Shown one piece after another: positions 29,269-37,400 of a stretch of 64,000 bases of DNA. Position numbers and translations under genes: made by a program. Within the stretch, counting starts at the first letter, position 1. Each line of letters starts with the position of its first letter. The stretch lies in contig OZ220716.1 of NCBI GenBank assembly GCA_965116795.1, positions 2,186,503 to 2,250,502 on the forward strand. The letters are read 5' to 3'. The notes below the pieces were generated by a model. That model did no database searches, had not been told where the DNA came from, and saw nothing but the letters and a program-made list of their open reading frames with translations. Source of the stretch: Gammaproteobacteria bacterium. Lineage in GTDB: Bacteria > Pseudomonadota > Gammaproteobacteria > JAJFKG01.

Positions 29269-31998
29269 ATGAAGATACTCGAATACAGTCGCCTTGATAT
29301 TCGCCATGTCGAGCCGTCATATCGCAAGGTAATAGCGATGTTGAAGCGTAACGATTTTCGCTCGGCGGAAGTCAAGAAGCTAAAACCAACTTCGTACTAT
29401 CGTGCCAAACTGGATTATCGCAACCGGCTGCTCTTCAAAATAGTCACTTACTGTGATGAGCAATATGCATTGATATTGGAAGTCATACGTCAGCATGCGT
29501 ATGATAAATCATCGTTCTTAAAGGGAGCACATATTCAGGAACATCACCTTGTCAAAACACCAGAAGATATCACCAGTGAAGCAATTAATTATCTCAACGA
29601 CCAACAGCCCAATTTACATCGATTAGACAAACTCATTTCATTTGATGACGCACAATACAGTCTCCTCCCCCTTCCCTGTCCATTGATTATCATCGGCTCA
29701 GCTGGCAGTGGCAAAACTGCACTGACCCTGGAAAAAATGAAACATTATTCGGGCGATATAGCCTATATCACTCACTCAGCTTATCTCGTGCACCATGCCC
29801 GCTCACTATATCATGCGAATTTAGAAGATACGCCAGAACAACAAGTCACCTTTTTATCGTATCAAGAATTCATTGAAACCATTGAAGTGCCCGCGCAACA
29901 GGAAATTACTTTTGCTCAATTCAGTCATTGGTTAAGTAAATTCATGCATTCTAAATTGGCACGCGACCCTCATACGCTATACGAAGAATTCAGAGGGGTC
30001 ATCAGCGGTACCCGTTCCGATAAACCGTATTTAACGCAAGAAGAATATCTCAATCTGGGGGTGAAGCAATCTGTTTTTCCACCAGCATCACGCCTTGATG
30101 TCTATCAATTGTACGAGAAGTACCGCCAATTTCTTGTTGACATCAATGCCTATGATATCAACTTAATGTCGTATGATTACCTTGATAAAATCACGCCCGC
30201 ATACGACATGGTAGTCGTCGATGAAATTCAAGATTTCACCAACATTCAATTACTGCTTATCCTAAAATCATTAAGACAATCAGACCAATTTATTTTATGT
30301 GGGGATTCCAACCAAATCGTACATCCTAATTTCTTTTCCTGGTCAAAGATTAAAACTCTGTGTTACCAAGACGATATTGCCACATCGCAACAGATAACGC
30401 GGATATTACAAACCAATTACCGTTGTGCTGAAAACATTACCACATTGGCCAATGCTATTTTGAAAATAAAGCAAGCCCGTTTTGGCTCAATCGATAAAGA
30501 AAGTAATTACCTTGTTAAGAGCCAAGCGGCTCAACAAGGCGGCGTTTATTTTTTACCAGAATCTGATAAGCGTGTTGCCACGCTGAATACCAATAGCCAA
30601 CAATCTACCCATTATGCCGTGATTGTTTTGCGCGATGCTTTAAAAGAAAAGGCAAAACGTCTTTTTCAAACCCCTTTGGTGTTCTCTGTACATGAAGCAA
30701 AAGGGTTAGAGTATGACAACATTATTCTATATGATGCCATCTCATCAGAAGCCAAAGCCTTTATGACTATCGCCAGTGGTCTAACATCGGATGTAATTCA
30801 TGCACCACTGCACTATGCCAGGGGAAAAGACAAAACTGACCGCTCGCTGGAAATGTATAAGTTCTACATCAATGCCCTGTACGTGGCGATTACCCGTGGG
30901 GTAAAAAAGGTGTATTGGGTGGAATCGGTACGCACACACCCCTTATTTGACTTGCTGTCGCTTAAAGAAATGGACGGCGCATTGGCAGCTGAACAGGAAA
31001 AATCCTCATCACAGGAGTGGCAACAAGAAGCCCGCAAATTAGAATTACAAGGCAAACAAGAACAAGCCGATGCCATTCGTGCGCAACTGGTGAAAGGCAA
31101 CACCCTCCCTTGGGAGGTATTAACCTCCGATAAAACCAGTGCACTACAAGCCGCTGCTCTATCACCCAATGCAACGAAACAAAGTAAGATTGAATTGCTT
31201 GAGTATGCGCTAGTCTATCAGCAAGACGCTATACGCCTTGAACTTGAAAGGCGTGGGCTAAAAGCCGCTGCCAACCCACAAAAATCATTAGGGTTAATCC
31301 AACGCAAATATTACGATGACTATACATCCACCAATTTAAACACGGCCAAACGATACATTGAACTGTATGGGGTGGATGTGCGTAATCGATTTAACCAGAC
31401 ATTATTGATGGTGGGGGCGTATGTGGGTAATCACCATTTAGTCCGCTTAGTTCTGGGATCCGGTGCCAATACCAATTTGTTAGATAATAATCAACACACC
31501 GCTTTTCAAATCGCGTTACGCCGCGCCCTGTTTGACTCATCGTATTTACGCACAAAGTTAGGCGGGTTATATACCCATCTGGCCGCTGACAGTGTTGATA
31601 TTGAGGTTGATAACAAACTCGTTAAGATTGATGTATCTAGCGCAGAATATTTATTATTTCATATTGTGTACTTGTTATTTGACCAGACAAATACACAGCG
31701 GAATGATGGTCGTGTGGCGGTAATATGTGTGCAAAATATTATGCGAGCTGTAGAACACTTCCCTGCCCACATTGTGCCAGACTACCGTAAGAAACGTGCG
31801 TATCTTTCCAGCATCTTAGCTAAAAATGAAGTCCATGGTAACGACCGCTATAATCGAAAATTGTTTGAGAGGATACGACGTGGTTATTATCGAATAAATC
31901 CAAAGCTAAAAGTTAAAATGGCCAATCGCTGGATGGCTGTGGCGCCAGATGAAAGTCGTCATATAACACAATGTCATCCTGTGGTAGAGCACGTTTAA
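29269..31998 (+). CDS. UvrD-like SF1 helicase with N-terminal RelE-like domain and C-terminal ankyrin repeats
   Basis: GSAGSGKT, VVDEIQD, GDSNQ, TNYR, HEAKGLEY, LYVAITRG; N-terminal KKL..YYRAKLDYRNRLLF..ILEVIRQHAY; NQTLLMVGA/GANTNLLD ankyrin-like. Confidence 0.85.
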   Translation: MKILEYSRLDIRHVEPSYRKVIAMLKRNDFRSAEVKKLKPTSYYRAKLDYRNRLLFKIVTYCDEQYALILEVIRQHAYDKSSFLKGAHIQEHHLVKTPEDITSEAINYLNDQQPNLHRLDKLISFDDAQYSLLPLPCPLIIIGSAGSGKTALTLEKMKHYSGDIAYITHSAYLVHHARSLYHANLEDTPEQQVTFLSYQEFIETIEVPAQQEITFAQFSHWLSKFMHSKLARDPHTLYEEFRGVISGTRSDKPYLTQEEYLNLGVKQSVFPPASRLDVYQLYEKYRQFLVDINAYDINLMSYDYLDKITPAYDMVVVDEIQDFTNIQLLLILKSLRQSDQFILCGDSNQIVHPNFFSWSKIKTLCYQDDIATSQQITRILQTNYRCAENITTLANAILKIKQARFGSIDKESNYLVKSQAAQQGGVYFLPESDKRVATLNTNSQQSTHYAVIVLRDALKEKAKRLFQTPLVFSVHEAKGLEYDNIILYDAISSEAKAFMTIASGLTSDVIHAPLHYARGKDKTDRSLEMYKFYINALYVAITRGVKKVYWVESVRTHPLFDLLSLKEMDGALAAEQEKSSSQEWQQEARKLELQGKQEQADAIRAQLVKGNTLPWEVLTSDKTSALQAAALSPNATKQSKIELLEYALVYQQDAIRLELERRGLKAAANPQKSLGLIQRKYYDDYTSTNLNTAKRYIELYGVDVRNRFNQTLLMVGAYVGNHHLVRLVLGSGANTNLLDNNQHTAFQIALRRALFDSSYLRTKLGGLYTHLAADSVDIEVDNKLVKIDVSSAEYLLFHIVYLLFDQTNTQRNDGRVAVICVQNIMRAVEHFPAHIVPDYRKKRAYLSSILAKNEVHGNDRYNRKLFERIRRGYYRINPKLKVKMANRWMAVAPDESRHITQCHPVVEHV

Positions 31999-32231
31999 CA
32001 TGAACGTGTTACCGACGTCACAATTAAGAAATCTACTCTCTCAGCTTATTGATACGGTGGCGAGATAACAGCTTATCCAGTGTGCATTGAGACAATAAAA
32101 ATAATGACTTTTCAGCGTACGGTTTCTGACTTTTGTTAACAGTGGGTTTAGTTGATTTCATAGCTGCTTGTATCTGCGTTTGCAAAAGATTACCAACATT
32201 GCTCATCATCTGCATCACCCTTATTGAGTGA

Positions 32232-32393
32232 CAATTATCATTATCGCTCGTTACATTATTGCAACAAGGGTTCATCATAGTAGATAGCGTGCTTACCATT
32301 TGGAATGATGAAACGCAAGCCTTATTTGCTGCCGTAATGGCCTTCTGGTTCGGTACTCGCAGTGTGACAAAATCCCGTCAATTGCATCAGTGA
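32232..32393 (+). pseudogene. 3' remnant of a phage holin-like membrane protein
   Basis: Reads ...TIWNDETQALFAAVMAFWFGTRSVTKSRQLHQ* with no start codon for the full gene; FWFGxR tail typical of 3TM/GTA-type holins. Confidence 0.55.
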
Positions 32394-32455
32394 TAGCTGC
32401 TCGAATAATAGGCATAATTTACTGGCACTATATTCGATAGTGAGCGTTAATAGCT

Positions 32456-32788
32456 ATGACGAAACATTTACTGGAGATTAAAAACATGAACACAAACGCA
32501 AACACTTATCACGTTAACATCACTATGATTGACAATCCTGATGATAACTGCACACAAAGTGAAATAAATGCCCTTATTACGGTATTTCGAGATGCACTGA
32601 CTTGCATTGTTCCCACCCGCGCTAGCGAAGTGTGGATAAACCTAAGCGATTCTACCAAAACGCCAAAAAACGTTAAGAACTTTCAAGTGCGCTTAGGGCG
32701 TTGCGAACGGTTTGCCGGAAAACCTGAAAAATGGGCAGGAGAATTCACCACCGCCAGCAAAAAAGTCACCCTTATCGCGCACGGATAG
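32456..32788 (+). CDS. Hypothetical protein (likely start 32486 after GGAG)
   Basis: ORF with RBS, followed by an intrinsic terminator. Confidence 0.6.
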   Translation: MTKHLLEIKNMNTNANTYHVNITMIDNPDDNCTQSEINALITVFRDALTCIVPTRASEVWINLSDSTKTPKNVKNFQVRLGRCERFAGKPEKWAGEFTTASKKVTLIAHG

Positions 32789-32817
32789 ACAATCACTAAT
32801 TAACTCCCCTTGAGTTT

Positions 32818-32858
32818 GGCAACAGGCGCCCAATGATGGCGCTTGTTGTCCTTTTTTT
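32818..32858 (+). terminator. Rho-independent terminator
   Basis: GGCAACAGGCGCC-loop-GGCGCTTGTTGTC followed by T7. Confidence 0.75.
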
Positions 32859-33037
32859 GTGGGTTAACCCCTATCTCCCCTACTCTTCCATGTAACGCCA
32901 CAACGCCAATTATTTTAGCTACATTAATTTCCTTTGCGTCAATGATAACTGCTGAGATAAATAGGTTTTTTCACTGGCTATACCACGTAACGAGAGCCTT
33001 AATGATGACACCGCATTGAAAAAGAAGGAGGCTTACG

Positions 33038-33343
33038 ATGTTAACCGAAATACTCAATCGCAAACCATTCATTTTTTATATCGACAATTTTCATTGTGAT
33101 GAAGATGAAATCATAGCCTTGTTAAATTACTTCGAGTTTATCATGAAGCGCGCATCCATTGTGTCTGCCAGCAAATTGTGGTTTATCCTCAAGCAAGCGG
33201 TTCCCAAGCACAGTATATTACACCCATTTACCTTAACGATGGAACGGCATCTTGTTGACACTAAATGGCAATGGCACGGAGTATTTAAACATGAAATGGA
33301 TAACAAAACATTGCATGTGATGGGGCTTTTACTAGAGCCATAA
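33038..33343 (+). CDS. Hypothetical protein (101 aa)
   Basis: AAGGAGG RBS before ATG. Confidence 0.6.
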   Translation: MLTEILNRKPFIFYIDNFHCDEDEIIALLNYFEFIMKRASIVSASKLWFILKQAVPKHSILHPFTLTMERHLVDTKWQWHGVFKHEMDNKTLHVMGLLLEP

Positions 33344-33489
33344 CTTGCATGCTCGCTAAATTGGAAAATGGCAGTGGTTGCTGTGAGCATTCAGTTGCGA
33401 CGTACTACCCAAGCAATGTCGGGGCTACGCGGACAATTCGCGAGATGATAATAAATGCTCCACGACATAACAAAAATAAGCCGCACATT

Positions 33490-34177
33490 CAGGGCTGTCC
33501 CATTAAAAATTTAATTGTTGTCAATTACAACCGGCTGAAGCCGGTGGCTTGATAATACGCTTGTAAAGCAGATTATACAGCTAAAGCATCAGTGCTCTGA
33601 GATCTTGAAATTATCTTCTTTGTGATGCGCTTCTTGATCTTCGATGTATGCCTGCATATCTGCTTCATTTACATTGCCAACCGTTACTGCAAAATAACCT
33701 CTTGCCCACATGTGTTGTCCCCAATACCGTTTCTTCAAATGAGTAAATTCTTGCAATAACTTTCTACCACTTTTACCCTTGATATATTGCATCAGCTTTG
33801 ACAACGACAGATTTGGTGGAATGAATAGCAGCAAGTGAACATGATCTGGACTCATACTTCCACTAACTATGTCAACGTAATTTGAACGACATATTTCTCT
33901 GATCAATTCTCTTGCTCTATTTCCAACCTCTCCTGTCAAAACTCGATACCGATATTTTGTGCAAAATATCACGTGATATTTCAAATTGTAGATGCTGTGG
34001 GAGCCATGCTTGTATTCCATTTCGTAATTGTACTGAAGTGTTCGCCTGAAGGCGAGGGTGTTTTCCCATCCCACCTAACTACATAAAAACATAAGGTTAT
34101 AAGTTAATAGGAAAATATTCTTAAAATATAACGTAATGAATCAGTAGTGTTTATCTATTTTTAATGGGACAGCCCTG
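33490..34177. mobile_element. MITE-like element with perfect 21-bp TIRs enclosing an IS200-like element
   Basis: CAGGGCTGTCCCATTAAAAAT at 33490-33510 and its reverse complement at 34157-34177. Confidence 0.7.
33589..34020 (-). CDS. tnpA: IS200/IS605-family Y1 (HUH) transposase
   Basis: LKYHVIFCTKYR, DHVHLL, KGKSGR, MWARGYFA, YIEDQ; flanking hairpins CCGGCTGAAGCCGG and TCGCCTGAAGGCGA; no tnpB. Confidence 0.93.
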   Translation of the reverse strand: MEYKHGSHSIYNLKYHVIFCTKYRYRVLTGEVGNRARELIREICRSNYVDIVSGSMSPDHVHLLLFIPPNLSLSKLMQYIKGKSGRKLLQEFTHLKKRYWGQHMWARGYFAVTVGNVNEADMQAYIEDQEAHHKEDNFKISEH

Positions 34178-34418
34178 GTATAGCGTTGCATTTCGGTTTT
34201 TATTAAATTACAATCCCTCACGTGAGCGAAGGAGTGCTACACAAGTTCACAAACTATTCTTGCCTGTTTATACGGCCTGTCACTCTCTCAAAGTTAACAC
34301 TAAAAATAATAGTACAATCTAAAAAATATTATACCTATAGCGCATAAGAAAATCTTACTTGCCCTAGAAAAGTGCAAAAAAATACGGCCAGTTTTGCTTT
34401 TAGAGAGGAGAAAATGCA

Positions 34419-37400
34419 ATGCCAACTAATAGTGTTTCATCATCCAGCAATCAACAAACAACAATTGCTGATAATGTTTATACTAGTCCATATGTAGATT
34501 CTTGCTTACCCGATATCGAGGAGACTGTTTCAACGCAAAATCCAGCAGCGACGTGGGATTTTTCTGGCAATCCGGTTTATTCTGGTTTAGTGACAGATTT
34601 AGAATTAGCAACCTTTAGTGCGCTAGCTTATCGTAGTCATAGTCAACATGACAATGCAATAGCTAGTCAATCTGATGATAATAGATTGCAACGCTGGCCA
34701 GCATTGTATGCTCATGGCTGGCGTGTACTGCGCAGCATCATAGGGAAAGATGGATTTAGAGCTTTAGCCTATGTGCATGAAGCTCGCAAGCAAGTTGTCA
34801 TTGCTTTCCGTGGCACAGAAACGGAAGAGCTGGTTACCTTGTGGGTTGATTGGGATGAAGTAGTTAATAAAGCAATAGGCAGTCACGGTAAACAAGCTTA
34901 TGCATTTACAGAAGAAGTAATAAAGCAAGGTTTGCCATTGATGTCACAAGGTGATTTTAACCTTGAAGCTTATCAGTTAACCTTTACAGGCCACTCATTA
35001 GGTGCGTGGATTGCGTCAATTGCTGGTTCCACCTTCTCGTATCCGGCTGTCGTATTTGATAATCCTGGTGCAAGAGATGTGATTGAAAAATATCGAAAAG
35101 GACAAGTAGGTGAGCAACTAGTCGACACTCAGCTATTTGCATTGACCAATTACCAGTCTCGTCCTAATTTAATTAACACAGCCAGTATGCAACTTGGCTA
35201 TACATTAGAGCTAACGACCAGAGCACCTGCGCGCGCGCATAATATAACCGACATTCAGGCTGAGGCTAAATATACTCTGGCTCAACATAGCATTGATTTG
35301 ATTATTGATACGTTTGACCCTAAGACAGGAATGCCCTACCAAGATCAAGTTAAGCAAGTAAAGACTTGGCCGCATGGAGGTATAGAGGCAGCTAAGAAAT
35401 TAGTCAGTTTGCTACCTTCTGAGTTACAAAATGCAGCCCATTTATTATGTCGTTGGTGGTTTTTGGATAACGTATCTTATACCGATTGGATAGGATTAAT
35501 AGGACAATTAGTGGCTAGTAGTCCTGCTAAGCTATTAGAAGTACCTAAATTAGCGATGATCACTTACCAAACATTTTCACAAGCCTATACAACAATATTG
35601 TCACATGATTATTTTAAAGGTGGTCAATATGAGGAACCACAGAGCTATGAAGCTGCTTTTCAACAACGATTTAAATCACACTACCATGTTATTGAATTCG
35701 ATACGCAGTCGTTGCCTGCAATTCTATTTCATGACAGCCTGTTGCGTTTCTTAGTTGATGTTGTGCGTCTTCGTCGTTTATCAGGGAAAAAATTTTCAAT
35801 TTCATATGATTATTTGAATCAAGTTAAGCTTATTGAAAAAGCACATGATTTAGCTATTAAGGGCATTAATCTTGATAAATCAACGGGCATGACTGCAATT
35901 GATTTACGTCGTGAAGTAATGCAGTCTTTGCCCAAGCTTTCTGAGCAGTATTCATACCTGGTGAATTCTCCAACACGTTCCGATTCACAACGGCCTCAGA
36001 AATTATCTTATGGCGTTCCAACACAATCGCATGAATCTCATGTTATCCCTCGAACAGGATTAATCAGCGATTTGAAAAACCAATTTAGCCAGGCATCTAA
36101 AAGTATTGCTAAAATCCAAGCTATTTATGGGCTTGGCGGAATGGGAAAAACGCAATTAGCTATTCAGCTTGCCAAGGAAGCTCATGATAAAGGCGATTAT
36201 GAAGCAGTGATATGGTTGGCTGCAGGTGATGATTTGCATGCTGCCTATCAAAGCTTTGCGTACACCCAATTGGGAAACCAAGTAGACACATTAACACCCA
36301 AAACATGCTTGACTAGAACAATGCACACATTAAGTGAGCGGTATAAATCAATATTATTTATTTTTGATAATGTAGAAAGTGTAAGCGAAGTCAAAGCTTA
36401 CCTAGATGAATTACCACATGTTGAAAAAATGGATGTATTAATAACGACTCGCAGTCAACAAATTGCTAGTTACTACGATAAATTTGAAATGAAAAAATTC
36501 ACCAGCCAAGAAGCTTTGCAATACATTACATTAAGCTTAAAACAAGAATCTGATAGGACTATTTTTGAATATTTTAAATCAATTTTGTCAAAACAAGAGA
36601 ATGCTACTGCTATTTTAGAATTAGCAGAGTTAGTTGATTTCCATCCATTATCACTATCTTATTTAGTAGCTTACATCAAGAGTGAATATATTTCGGTAAA
36701 AGAATGTATAAAGCAATATAAAGCACAGAAAATTGATCCCATCAATATTATGAAAGATAATATTAATGCTAAGCAAGGCAAAGCTATTTTGTTGAGTTTA
36801 GACAAGCTAAGTAATGCTGCAAAGCAGCTATTAAATGCATGTGCATTTCTCGCGGCAGATGATATACCAAAGACATTGTTAGAAGATTATTTTAAGAAGG
36901 AAGATGCTGGCTTAGCAGTTAAGGTTACTTCGGCAGCAAAAGAATTAAAGCAATATTCATTTGTTAATGATTACCACCTTGAAATAGATGGGTCTACACA
37001 TTTATATATACATCGACTCTTGCAGGATATGGTGCGTTATCGACTTAAAGAACATCCAAAAGTGCTAAATGGTTTGGCTGAGAGATTGCTTCTGTTTTTC
37101 AACCAAAAAATAGAATCTCATGGAGATATAATTGCATCAACATTTGAAGAAAAGAAAGAAAAATTAAATCGTGATTTCTCTCATGTTCAAAGTCTTTGCG
37201 AGAATATTGAGTCAAAAACATTAAATTCAGATGCACAAGCAAATCACGACAAATTGCTAATATGGATAAGCAGATACTCTTACGCTCAGGCAGGGGCAAG
37301 CCGTCTTATGGGTGATTATCAAAGTGCTATTGATAGTTACAAAGATATTATCAAGCGTAATCCTGGGAATGTGTGGAGTTATCATTATCTTGGAGAATGT

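Noticed and set aside
34218-34300. Possible fourth, shortened copy of the leader element before the NLR-like gene (GAAGGAGT...ATTCTTGCCTGTTT)
   Set aside because: Only two short blocks resemble it, with the wrong spacing; needs a covariance-model search
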